Shown here: positions 20,401 through 29,002 of the stretch, piece by piece
Numbering within the stretch: the first letter of the stretch is position 1
Layout: every line of letters starts with the position of its first letter
NCBI GenBank assembly: GCA_014728085.1
Contig: WJMF01000020.1
Location: forward strand, 74,608 to 138,607
DNA: 64,000 bases
Source of the DNA: Candidatus Zhuqueibacterota bacterium
GTDB lineage: Bacteria; Zhuqueibacterota; Zhuqueibacteria; Residuimicrobiales; Oceaniaggregativiventaceae
Reading direction: 5' to 3'
The notes under the pieces: generated by a model
Database searches by the model: none
Told to the model about the DNA's origin: nothing
The model's input: the letters and a program-made list of their open reading frames with translations, nothing else
Program-made: the position numbers and the translations under genes

Positions 20401-21994
20401 GGTTAGCGGTGCCCCCTTTCAGGTAGAAGTGATTGCCCTTGATAGTGATGGAGAGATAGACCGAAATTTTCCCTATGAAATCTTTTTCTCCAGCAACCTT
20501 CCGACAAATGATATCTCCATGCCATACGGCCCCCATGCATTGGAGGAAGGCGTGGGGCTGTTCACGGTTACAAGTTGGGTGGAAACCAACAATCTCGTCT
20601 TTATGGTTTCCGTGAATAATGATAACTATTCAGGATATCACAGCCAATCCGCGCCAATCACCATAGAAGCCCCGGTAATTGATGCGCCGGACACACTGAT
20701 CGTTGAGGACTATCCCAATGACCAGGGAAGCCATGTCATTTTAAAATTCGATTATTCCGACAACCATCCGGGTATCGGCGAAAACAATTTGATCAGCTAT
20801 TATCAGATTTACCGCGAAGTCAATCACCAGGTTTTCCATTGGTACACACAACCCGCTATCGACACGACAGGAAGCTATGCTGATTCAATGATTATCGTGC
20901 TCAATACAGTTGATAACGAAGAATCCAACTTTTGGGTACGTGCCGTCCACGACCGCAATCGAAGCCTCGCCAAACGATTTGTTTCTCAGACAGACGATCA
21001 GGACGGCTATCTTGTTGCCGAAAGCATAGATCCGATGATGCTTTACAGCGAAGGAAAAATCAGCGAAGAGTACGGCGCCTATATGAAAACCCTGAACGCC
21101 GGACAATATTTATCCGCAACGGTTATGTCTCATGGCCGGGCCGTCGATAACATACAACCCAAAATGCCTGAAAATCTATTGGCCGCCAAGGAAGGCGTCG
21201 CGGTTAAATTGATGTGGAATAAAGTCCGTTTGGGTGTCAACAACACACCCGAAGGAAAACTTTACTATGAAATCTATGCCCACAATCAAAACGCTTACTT
21301 TAATCCGGATGAAGATGGTGAGCTGCTGGCAACCATCGAAGATACGTCGTTTACCATTCCGGACAATCGTTTGCGACGGTTTTATTGCATACGCGCATTT
21401 GACGGAGACAACAGGTCCGCTGTCTCAAATCGGGTCGGGAAATATGGATTCACGATGAATAAAAACAAAAACAGTTCATTCAACTATCTCTCTTTTCCGC
21501 TGGAGACCTGGGATATAACGGATGCAAAGAGCGTATCGCAAATGATTGAAAACCTGCAAGTCCTCTACAAACTAAACCCGGTGACCAACAGCTTTTCGAC
21601 CTATTATATCCCACAGATAGAGTATGGAACCAACTTTGCCCTTGAAACCGGGGCGCCGCTGCTGGTAAACAACGATAAAACCATTGCCGATACCTGGTTT
21701 TATACCGGTAAAATACCAGCGGTTGGATCGGTTAAATTCACTCTGAACAAGGGTGAAAAATCCATCTTTAATGAAATCATCGTCCCACTGGACAAATTTG
21801 ATATTACCAATGCCGATCAATTGGCCAATAATATCGGCGGCATTGAGATTGTTTACAAGCTCGATCCGGAAACCAATGCCTTCAGTAAATTCTGGATCCC
21901 GGACATCGGCTATGGCGAAAATTTTGCAATCATGCCCGGTGAACCGGTACTTATCAACATTAATCAAAATGCCCCGGACATGTGGCCTAACTAG
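17483..21994 (+). CDS. Very large secreted protein (about 1504 aa) with a signal peptide, repeated Ig-like/beta-sandwich-type segments and a tandemly duplicated C-terminal roughly 55-aa module
   Basis: GGAGGAAAAG ribosome-binding site then ATG at 17483. Signal peptide MKPNFYLCILLLLIGFTAPLLAQ. No enzymatic motif was recognised. Internal repeat YKLNPVTNSFSTYYIPQIEYGTNFALETGAPLLVNND / YKLDPETNAFSKFWIPDIGYGENFAIMPGEPVLININ. Confidence 0.7.
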   Translation: MKPNFYLCILLLLIGFTAPLLAQEGTIIDRTTADPEKSGYARWIKLTFQTTPGGTNNLNDNFNGVKFMIDLNLDRDDNATTHTPGEVYAIRGDSIKTHFNNSGGQFDQYLYLPIRGNHDTNIRPRVKLETTGSLRIGAFQLTIQNDTGYETCRDGIKPNLRMAIYYDDGSGSSGPEPQSPGNTTAFDGYIDRIDIIWSEPMDTTNKAVSGDIFNGLGDTILRTQTTGGWYDDENPLTYDYQRFTFYVISSTPNTGVSITLTYQPPVSSLDKFKAKFPYDGVNRYEAESHSVTVQDKAGPAIISAKTVRAHGKRRQPLADALTSKRVLVTFSEKVNRANLLLDDLTFTVTIMGTQQDIYAVRFPTSGYSKTFEIELDDPYSTENDTGSIRYSGSSLVSDINGNLNGISTANEPPTRPAAGYGRLIYIWDGILPNIIRVRTRDVALPGELINGGANGWGVLDYVDIIFDHTMDTGQLSTSGFTVEGEGIQGIAGVGTWFNSTTFRIPIAASNPKMPNTGVLPQVKYENPEAPNGMRDNTNYGYTEDVFYSDTMLSNSNYRIVEIIDNAGPAIWRATTASKNSIRITFSEKIKTNFPSSSNWPTNPAHAYTSPKKFIWYVDNVASEDTGTEIFFTGIQPNYQNKIVYLHQTGTTWTKYDSGGINFTGQGVVRDIANNGNDQYDNDTSLSSKTILGSDVKVYRDTIAPNLVAVQTVDTDLNGKIDGYRFVFDDTSAVYPKTSFNTENWSVISYYTLETKTLLGLDESGYTVVGSDTLSVLLRFEETPNDTLKKRAYLGDTGDVPDIIVATGQGLSDWAGNVMDPLPIGITKEQDKSGPAICSAKTISLQDVDVFVSEDLKDSTVSREDFLLNMVVQTPITSTLPIITATEQTPEMHSNPEEIKHGRVTLTVPLVSAWQPDYEGFVAFSYPGAVYDHVSNGPGVDPMMDNPNTQLDTIKVDDNAASQFDIHVKIPGNPVSGAPFQVEVIALDSDGEIDRNFPYEIFFSSNLPTNDISMPYGPHALEEGVGLFTVTSWVETNNLVFMVSVNNDNYSGYHSQSAPITIEAPVIDAPDTLIVEDYPNDQGSHVILKFDYSDNHPGIGENNLISYYQIYREVNHQVFHWYTQPAIDTTGSYADSMIIVLNTVDNEESNFWVRAVHDRNRSLAKRFVSQTDDQDGYLVAESIDPMMLYSEGKISEEYGAYMKTLNAGQYLSATVMSHGRAVDNIQPKMPENLLAAKEGVAVKLMWNKVRLGVNNTPEGKLYYEIYAHNQNAYFNPDEDGELLATIEDTSFTIPDNRLRRFYCIRAFDGDNRSAVSNRVGKYGFTMNKNKNSSFNYLSFPLETWDITDAKSVSQMIENLQVLYKLNPVTNSFSTYYIPQIEYGTNFALETGAPLLVNNDKTIADTWFYTGKIPAVGSVKFTLNKGEKSIFNEIIVPLDKFDITNADQLANNIGGIEIVYKLDPETNAFSKFWIPDIGYGENFAIMPGEPVLININQNAPDMWPN

Positions 21995-22024
21995 TAGATA
22001 CGTAAATCGTTTTTGAGGTGAAAA

Positions 22025-22987
22025 ATGTTAAATAAAAAATTATTGATCAGCCTGTTTCTAGTCGTCAGCGCGACGCTTGTTTTGGCACAACCGCAAATGT
22101 CCAAACTGGTATGGGGAACGGTAAAAAATCCGGACGGAAGCACGCCGGGCATAAAAGAAGTAAAATATACCAGTTACCTGTCCAGTGAAATCACGGATTC
22201 AACCGATGTCGATAGCACAACCAATAATGGAGGCTGGGCAATCGATTTAAATGATTTTAATAACACGGGAAGTGAATGGGGAGAAGGCGATACCCTGTTT
22301 GTTCTCTTTGAGAATATTGCTTCCGGCGGTGAATTCAACGGCGTCACGTCAGTGCTTAAACATATTGCAGGCTCGGAATCAGATTATCCGCAGCAAATTA
22401 GCGTCTATACCCTTCCGGTTGAATTGGTGACCTTTGCATCACAGGTTGAAAAGGGATTACTGCATGACAGGGTGATATTGTCGTGGAAAACCCTCGGCGA
22501 GTCCAATAATTTTGGCTTTGCCATCGAGCGAAGTTTTGATGGCACAAGGTTTGAAGAAATTGGCTTTATCGCCGGTGCCGGATCAACCAATACAGCACGG
22601 CATTATGAATACAAGGATGGCCAAATCACTCAACCCGGGATCTACAGCTATCGCCTGAAACAAATCGATAACGACGGCACCTTTACCTATTCCAGGGTGG
22701 AGGAAATCACTCTGAATACACCGGAACACTATGAATTGCTGCAAAATTATCCAAATCCGTTCAATCCGGAAACCACGATAGCGTTCAAACTGAAAGAGGA
22801 TACCCGGGTGAATGTCACCATTTTTAATGTCCTCGGCAGGGAAGTAGAGACTCTGGTTGATAAAAAGATGAAAGCCGGTACCCATCAAATTGTTTTTAAT
22901 GCCGGTACACTGCCAAGCGGAATGTATTTTTATCATATGAAAACAAGCGATTTTAATCATGTACGCAAAATGGTCCTGATCAAATAA
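22025..22987 (+). CDS. Secreted protein with a type IX secretion (Por) C-terminal sorting domain
   Basis: C-terminus ELLQNYPNPFNPETTIAFKLKEDTRVNVTIFNVLGREVETLVDKKMKAGTHQIVFNAGTLPSGMYFYHMKTSDFNHVRKMVLIK matches the T9SS C-terminal domain. N-terminal signal peptide present. Confidence 0.8.
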   Translation: MLNKKLLISLFLVVSATLVLAQPQMSKLVWGTVKNPDGSTPGIKEVKYTSYLSSEITDSTDVDSTTNNGGWAIDLNDFNNTGSEWGEGDTLFVLFENIASGGEFNGVTSVLKHIAGSESDYPQQISVYTLPVELVTFASQVEKGLLHDRVILSWKTLGESNNFGFAIERSFDGTRFEEIGFIAGAGSTNTARHYEYKDGQITQPGIYSYRLKQIDNDGTFTYSRVEEITLNTPEHYELLQNYPNPFNPETTIAFKLKEDTRVNVTIFNVLGREVETLVDKKMKAGTHQIVFNAGTLPSGMYFYHMKTSDFNHVRKMVLIK

Positions 22988-23674
22988 GGAGCCATTGCAG
23001 CTTTTGCATAAAAAAGGGGCTGTATTAAACGCTTTGAATATAGCCCCTGCAAATTTATATTTTATCATTTTTTGCCATAATTCTGCGGAGCGAGTTCCTT
23101 CCGCCCCTCCTCGCCGTGGATTTCAAGGCCCTCTTCTGACTTGCGAATAAGCAAAAAAAAATAAACAGAAAGCGGAAGAGCTCGCGGAGCCCGCGGAGGA
23201 TCACCCTCACACAATCTCCTGCCATAATTTGGCCATTAGTACTCATCGTTCTGTTCTACGTGATTTCGTTCTGATAACCCTTGCGGTTGAGATTGTGGGG
23301 GGGAGCCGGAGCGGCCCCGAAATATCTGGTATATGCATTATGGCATTCAAGATGCATATTTTTATCTATATAATGTGCTTTTACATACCCTGGTTGCGTT
23401 TCAACCAGAGTAGCGTCCGGACGGCAAATCCTGCAAGATCAAAAAAAAGCGGTAAAGTCACCAGGCTGCAGGGACTTTTGATACAACTCCTTTTTTGATA
23501 AATTGTTTTGAAATCCCCCTTTCCGTTTTTAGCCTGTTTGCGAAGACAATCTTCCGGGCTTTTCCAGGCTGTGCTCTTTTTCGTTCGCATTTTTATCATT
23601 TTTTTGCTAATTTGAATGATTATATAATCCTGAGCAATAAGATGAGAAAAGCGGTAAATAAAGAGGATGTGGCT

Positions 23675-24916
23675 ATGATACAGCCAAAACTTTACGAGAT
23701 CATTCCGGGAATACAAAACTATTCATGGGGAGGAACGGAATATATACCCTCCCTTCTTCATATTGACAATAAAGAAGAGAAACCATATGCCGAACTCTGG
23801 ATCGGTGTCCATCCCGTTGCACCGGCTAAGGTCGTTGTTGACGACCATTCAGTGTTGCTGCATGATTTTATTAAAAACAATCGCAAAACCCTCCTCGGTT
23901 CCGCCGGCATGGAAAGGGTCGGCACCACTCTGCCATATCTATTCAAAGTGCTCGATGCGCAAAAAATGCTTTCCGTTCAGGTACATCCCTCCAAACAACA
24001 GGCAGCAGAGGGTTTTGAGAGAGAGAACCAGGCAAATATTCCCCTTACGGCTAAAAATCGAAATTACAGAGACAACAATCATAAACCGGAAATTCATGTC
24101 GCGCTTACAGAGTTCTGGATGTTACACGGTTTCAGGCCACTGGAAGAAATCGACTGCTGGCTGTATAAAATAGCGGAATTTAACGCCCTTCTGAAGACGT
24201 GGGAGGGGGGTAATTTGTCGCTTTTGTATGAGACCATTATGACCATGCCCCAGGATCAAACAGATTCCATTCTTCAACCACTCGTCAAACGCCTGATGCC
24301 TTTATATCGTTCTCAACAATTGGACAAAGACGAACCGCATTTTTGGGCGGCGCGTGCGGCGGATCTGTTTCCCCTTCCCGGCAATCATCTTGATCGGGGT
24401 ATCTTTTCCATCTATCTGTTTAATCTTCTTCATCTCCATCCGGGCCAGGGGACCTTTCAGGGAGCCGGGGTTCCCCATGCTTACCTGCAGGGCACCAATG
24501 TGGAGCTCATGGCCAACTCGGATAACGTCCTCAGAGGCGGACTCACACCCAAACATATCGATGTGAAAGAGTTGCTTAAAATCATCAAAATTGATCCGAC
24601 CCTTCCGCAGATACTGGAAGGAAACAAAACTGCCGACCACGAAACGCTCTATCCCGCCCCGGTAAGGGATTTTAAACTCAGCAGACTGTTGCTGAAAACC
24701 GGCGACAACTATATCAGTCAAAATCAACACGGCCTGGAATGCATGGTGCTGACAGAAGGCAGCATCAGGGCAAAGGACGATTATCAGGAAATGTCATTGA
24801 ACAGAGGTAAAGTGTTTATGGCACCTGCAAATGTTGTTTACAGGCTGGAAGCAAAAACCAGATGTATTCTATTTAAAGCTTCAGCGTCTGGTGATGAAAA
24901 CACAGAAAAACCGTAA
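23675..24916 (+). CDS. manA: Mannose-6-phosphate isomerase, class I
   Basis: The YEIIPGIQNYSWGG, QVHPSKQQAAEGF and NHKPEIHVALTEFWMLHGFR blocks are typical of type I PMI. Start chosen at ATG 23675, which has an AAAGAGGA ribosome-binding site. Confidence 0.8.
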   Translation: MIQPKLYEIIPGIQNYSWGGTEYIPSLLHIDNKEEKPYAELWIGVHPVAPAKVVVDDHSVLLHDFIKNNRKTLLGSAGMERVGTTLPYLFKVLDAQKMLSVQVHPSKQQAAEGFERENQANIPLTAKNRNYRDNNHKPEIHVALTEFWMLHGFRPLEEIDCWLYKIAEFNALLKTWEGGNLSLLYETIMTMPQDQTDSILQPLVKRLMPLYRSQQLDKDEPHFWAARAADLFPLPGNHLDRGIFSIYLFNLLHLHPGQGTFQGAGVPHAYLQGTNVELMANSDNVLRGGLTPKHIDVKELLKIIKIDPTLPQILEGNKTADHETLYPAPVRDFKLSRLLLKTGDNYISQNQHGLECMVLTEGSIRAKDDYQEMSLNRGKVFMAPANVVYRLEAKTRCILFKASASGDENTEKP

Positions 24917-24939
24917 AAACCAAAAGAGGGCATTGATCT

Positions 24940-26184
24940 ATGAACATATATGCAATTATTATTCTGTCAGCACTGATTTTTGAATATGTTTTCGACCTAA
25001 TCACCGAAATTCTCAACCTCAAAGCTTTAGAAAGCGATTTGCCCGACGAGTTTAAGGATGTGTGGGACGAAGACCAATATCAAAAATCACAGGAATACAC
25101 CCGCGTGAATATCAAGTTTGGTATCATGACCTCAAGCCTCAGTCTGATATTAACCCTGGTTTTCTGGTTTGCAGGAGGATTTCAATACCTGGACAGCATC
25201 GTCAGGCAGTGGGAGTTGTCGATGATATGGAGAGGATTATGTTACATTGGTATCCTCATATTGCTGCGTTCCTTTTTTTCCCTTCCGTTCGCCATCTATA
25301 AAACATTCGTGATTGAAGAAAAATTTGGATTCAATAAAACCACCTGGAAAACGTTTGTATCCGACATGATCAAGGGACTTGCCCTTGCCGTTATTCTCGG
25401 CGCACCAATACTTGCCGGTGTGTTGGCCTTTTTCCAATACGCCGGTAACTATGCCTGGTTTTATGCCTGGATGGTAACCACTCTATTTACATTGATCATC
25501 CAGTATGTCGCCCCGCGTTGGATTATGCCGCTCTTCAATAAATTTGAACCGCTTGAAGAGGGAGAGTTAAAATCGGAAATCATGGATTACGCAGATTCAG
25601 TGGATTATCGGCTGGAAGGTGTCTATGTAATGGACGGGTCACGCCGATCCTCAAAGTCCAATGCCTTTTTTACCGGTTTCGGCAAAAATAAACGCATTGC
25701 CCTGTTCGACACGCTGATCGACAAGCACACCATACCTGAATTGCTAACCGTTCTCGCGCATGAAATCGGACATTTTAAAAAGAAACATATTCTAAAGGGA
25801 TTGATCATCAGTATCATCCATTCGGGTGTCGTGTTTTATCTGTTATCGATCTTTTTAAACCATAAAGGGTTGTACGACGCTTTTTATATGGAACATCAAT
25901 CCATTTATGCCGGTCTGATATTCTTTGGATTGCTCTATTCTCCAATCGAATTTATTTTATCCATTTTTATGCAGCTCTTTTCCCGCAAGCATGAAATTGA
26001 GGCGGACGAATTCGTCGTCCGCACAACAGACAAGGCGGAAAGTTTTATCAGTGCGCTAAAAAAACTCTCTGCCAACAACCTGAGTAATCTGAGACCGCAC
26101 CCTCTGTATGTGTTCTTTAACTATTCGCATCCTCCGATATTGCAGCGAATCAAACACATTAAAAAACTGGCAAAAAGCAGGTAA
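24940..26184 (+). CDS. M48-family zinc metalloprotease (Ste24/HtpX-like, type I CAAX protease homologue)
   Basis: Multi-TM N-terminus, an HEIGH zinc motif (LAHEIGHFKKKH) and a downstream E (EADEF). Confidence 0.8.
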   Translation: MNIYAIIILSALIFEYVFDLITEILNLKALESDLPDEFKDVWDEDQYQKSQEYTRVNIKFGIMTSSLSLILTLVFWFAGGFQYLDSIVRQWELSMIWRGLCYIGILILLRSFFSLPFAIYKTFVIEEKFGFNKTTWKTFVSDMIKGLALAVILGAPILAGVLAFFQYAGNYAWFYAWMVTTLFTLIIQYVAPRWIMPLFNKFEPLEEGELKSEIMDYADSVDYRLEGVYVMDGSRRSSKSNAFFTGFGKNKRIALFDTLIDKHTIPELLTVLAHEIGHFKKKHILKGLIISIIHSGVVFYLLSIFLNHKGLYDAFYMEHQSIYAGLIFFGLLYSPIEFILSIFMQLFSRKHEIEADEFVVRTTDKAESFISALKKLSANNLSNLRPHPLYVFFNYSHPPILQRIKHIKKLAKSR

Positions 26185-26195
26185 AAGCTCTTAAA

Positions 26196-26609
26196 ATGAT
26201 TGTTATCAATCGAAACACCGTAATTCATGAAAATGAAATAAAACTGACCGCCACAAAAAGTTCCGGTCCCGGAGGTCAGAATGTCAATAAAGTGAACACG
26301 CGGGTTACCCTTTCCTTTGATGTTCTGAATTCCAGTCTGACGGAAGAGCAAAAACATCGCTTGTACAGGCGACTGACCAGCAGAATCAATAAAGAGGGAG
26401 AACTAAAACTCAGCAGTCAGGAGCACCGGACACAGTCCGCAAATCGAAAAGCGGTTATCGACCGTTTTATTGAATTACTACAAAGCACCCTGCGGAAACC
26501 AAGGCGGCGTAAACAGAGCACCCTGCCGCAGCACGTTAAAGCGAAAAGAGTGGCTGCTAAAAAACATCGCGGTGAAATCAAAAAAATGAGACAAAAAGTA
26601 GAGTGGTAA
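26196..26609 (+). CDS. arfB: Alternative ribosome-rescue factor ArfB (peptidyl-tRNA hydrolase, YaeJ family)
   Basis: MIVINRNTVIHENEIKLTATKSSGPGGQNVNK with the GGQ motif and a basic C-terminal tail. Near-collinear with E. coli ArfB. Confidence 0.8.
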   Translation: MIVINRNTVIHENEIKLTATKSSGPGGQNVNKVNTRVTLSFDVLNSSLTEEQKHRLYRRLTSRINKEGELKLSSQEHRTQSANRKAVIDRFIELLQSTLRKPRRRKQSTLPQHVKAKRVAAKKHRGEIKKMRQKVEW

Positions 26610-26680
26610 AAATTTTCTTGTTATGTCTTTACACTCTCTTTTTGAATTGTACAGTCCAAAACCAAAATGGCGAGACCGAC

Positions 26681-27643
26681 ATGCAAACTAAAATCCAGGA
26701 AATTTATCAAGAGATCCAAACACCACATAAATATGGTATTGTTCTTAAACACCGGAATGGACACAAGCTGGATTGTCCCAGTATATTTAGATATGCGGAC
26801 AAATGGTACATGACCTATATCATTTTTGATGGCAATGGTTATCAAACGGCGCTGGCAGAGAGCGAAGATTTACTATATTGGCATGAAAAAGGTGTAATTC
26901 TCGGATTTAAAAATTCTACCTGGGACGCCAGTCAGGTCGGCGGCTATATCGCTCTTCAGGATTATCGTTGGGAAGGTTCCTATAAATTACTCGAATATAA
27001 AAATCGCTACTGGATGTCCTATTTGGGAGGTGCACTGAAGGGATACGAAACCGATCCGCTGTCTATCGGAATAGCCTGGACGCACACGCCGCATTTGCCC
27101 GAAGAATGGCACAGACTGGAGTGTAATCCGGTCTTAACCCCCGACCAACCCGATGCAAGGCCCTTTGAACGTGCCACCCTCTATAAAAGTCATATTATTT
27201 ATGATAAAGATAGAAATCTGGGGTACCCTTTCGTCATGTTTTATAATGCCCGGCAAAAAGGTAATTGGATTGAGAGAATCGGCATCGCGGTTTCTGAGGA
27301 TATGATAAAATGGGAACGGTTCGGGGAAAATGCCGTTATCGATAATGCTTCAGGAATTTCCGGCGACCCCCAGATCACAAAAATCGAAGACACCTGGGTT
27401 ATGTTTTATTTCGGCTATAAATGGAAACCCCAGGCGTTTGACACCTTTGCCATATCCAATGATTTAATCCACTGGACAAAATGGCAGGGAGACCATTTGA
27501 TTGCACCCTCTGAGCCCTGGGATGAAACATTTGCCCATAAACCCTTTATCGTCAAACACAGGGGAATCGTATATCATTTTTATTGCGCTGTCGGCAAAGA
27601 GGGACGAGTAATCGCGTTAGCGACGTCAAAAAAATTAAAATAA
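26681..27643 (+). CDS. Glycoside hydrolase with a five-bladed beta-propeller fold (GH130/GH43-like)
   Basis: The profile WYMTYIIFDG...YWMSYLGG...WVMFYFGYKW is typical of the GH130/GH43 fold. Family assignment is tentative. The track start at 26603 is GTG and would add a hydrophobic, lipoprotein-like N-terminus; the ATG at 26681 is the alternative. Confidence 0.5.
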   Translation: MQTKIQEIYQEIQTPHKYGIVLKHRNGHKLDCPSIFRYADKWYMTYIIFDGNGYQTALAESEDLLYWHEKGVILGFKNSTWDASQVGGYIALQDYRWEGSYKLLEYKNRYWMSYLGGALKGYETDPLSIGIAWTHTPHLPEEWHRLECNPVLTPDQPDARPFERATLYKSHIIYDKDRNLGYPFVMFYNARQKGNWIERIGIAVSEDMIKWERFGENAVIDNASGISGDPQITKIEDTWVMFYFGYKWKPQAFDTFAISNDLIHWTKWQGDHLIAPSEPWDETFAHKPFIVKHRGIVYHFYCAVGKEGRVIALATSKKLK

Positions 27644-27655
27644 TCCGTTCATTTT

Positions 27656-27943
27656 TTACTGCTTTTGAGCTTTACGCATCCGATAAACACCGCTTAGGGA
27701 ATAAAACGCAATAGCGATCCAGATAATGTTGACAAACGTTGAAGGAAATGCCCGGTAATAAAAAGTATTGACGATGAGAAAAACACTACCGAATATATTC
27801 AATATTTGATAAAAAAGTGCGTTGCCTTCAACCCGTCTGGTTGAAACGAGAAAGTAAGCGATTAAAATCAATGCTGCACCGATCCAGCCGACAATATCAA
27901 CAATTAAATTTATACTCAACGAATGCCTCTTTCTTTTAAACAA
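27656..27943 (-). CDS. Small three-TM membrane protein, CBU_0592-family-like
   Basis: IVGWIGAALILIAY...LNIFGSVFLIVNTFYYRAFPS...NIIWIAIAFYSL resembles that family. It overlaps the selD stop by 8 nt, so it is likely coupled. Confidence 0.35.
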   Translation of the reverse strand: MFKRKRHSLSINLIVDIVGWIGAALILIAYFLVSTRRVEGNALFYQILNIFGSVFLIVNTFYYRAFPSTFVNIIWIAIAFYSLSGVYRMRKAQKQ

Positions 27944-28973
27944 CGCGTATGGCCTGGTCCTGCAATTCCGTTACATGCCCCACAATCGGCGCCGAAATTT
28001 CAGCCCGGGAAAAAGCCTGCTGCAACAATTTTGCCTTTTTTTCGGAAACCGATATCAACAATCCGCCTGAAGTTTGTGCATCGTTTAACAAAAGTTGTTC
28101 GGTTTCTCCAATGTTCTCCGCATAATGAACATGCGGCGCCACAAACAGACGATTGGCGCGGGATCCGCCCGGGATGTGCCCGCCTCTGGCTGTTATTTTT
28201 GCATCTTCAAGAACAGGAATCCGGTTGAGCTGAAAAACCAACCCTGTTTTGCTCGCCTGCGCCATTTCGAGGGCATGTCCCAAAAGCCCAAATCCGGTAA
28301 TATCCGTACATGCATGAATGCCGATTTGCCGGCAAATTTCCGAGGCCTGTTTGTTCAATTCAATCATGATCCGACAAACTCTCTTTTCCATTTCTGCAGA
28401 ACCCTTGCCCGCTTTTAAAGCCGTTGTAATTGTACCGGTACCGATTGGTTTGGTCAGGAACAACAGGTCGCCGGCACGCGCGCCGCTGTTGGTAAGGATA
28501 TGATTCGGGTGCACCGTTCCGGTAACCGCCAAACCATATTTGAGCTCATCATCGGAAATGGTATGACCACCGATAATCGCTGTATTCCCCTCCCTGGCCT
28601 TGTCATACCCTCCCCGCAATATTTCAGCAAGAACATCCAGCGAAAAAATGTCTTTGGGAAATCCAACAATATTCAATGCCGAAAGAGGCGTTCCGCCCAT
28701 GGCATATATATCGCTGAGAGAATTGGCTGCCGATATTTGCCCATAAACATAGGGATCATCGACAATGGGCGTGAAAAAATCGACGCTTTGCACCAACGCC
28801 AAATCATCATGCAGCCTGATAACACCAGCATCATCTGCGGTGTTCATACCGACCAAAACCCGCGGGTCTGTCACTCCGGGAAGTTTTTCCAATGCTTTTG
28901 CCAACTCCGTCGGCGCCAGTTTGGAAGCTCACCCGGCACATTTTACTGTTTCTGTCAACCGTTTCTGCTTCAT
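27936..28973 (-). CDS. selD: Selenide, water dikinase (selenophosphate synthetase), a selenoprotein with in-frame UGA (Sec) at 28929-28931
   Basis: Body motifs DDAGV, VDFFTPIVDDPYVYGQISAANSLSDIYAMGG and others. The track ORF starts at a TTG internal to the true gene. Extending upstream in frame gives ATG(28973) MKQKRLTETVKCAG-UGA-ASKLAPTELAKALEKL, which aligns with E. coli [23 protein letters not shown], with U at the catalytic Cys17 position. AAGGA ribosome-binding site 8 nt upstream. Confidence 0.85.
28894..28928 (-). ncRNA. Candidate bacterial SECIS hairpin immediately 3' of the selD UGA (intragenic)
   Basis: mRNA GCUU-CCAA-A-CU-[GGCGCCGACGG]-AG-UUGG-CAA-AAGC forms an imperfect stem-loop of about 10 bp. 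Its apical loop lies 12-22 nt after the UGA. Confidence 0.4.
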
Positions 28974-29002
28974 GAAAAATCCTTATCGATAAAAAGTTAC
29001 CC

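Noticed and set aside
17996-20536. Long antisense ORFs inside the 1504-aa gene (17996..18412, 18620..19297, 19913..20536)
   Set aside because: They lie opposite a continuous 4.5-kb frame with a signal peptide and ribosome-binding site. They have no motifs, and their composition is typical of antisense frames of GC-moderate coding DNA.
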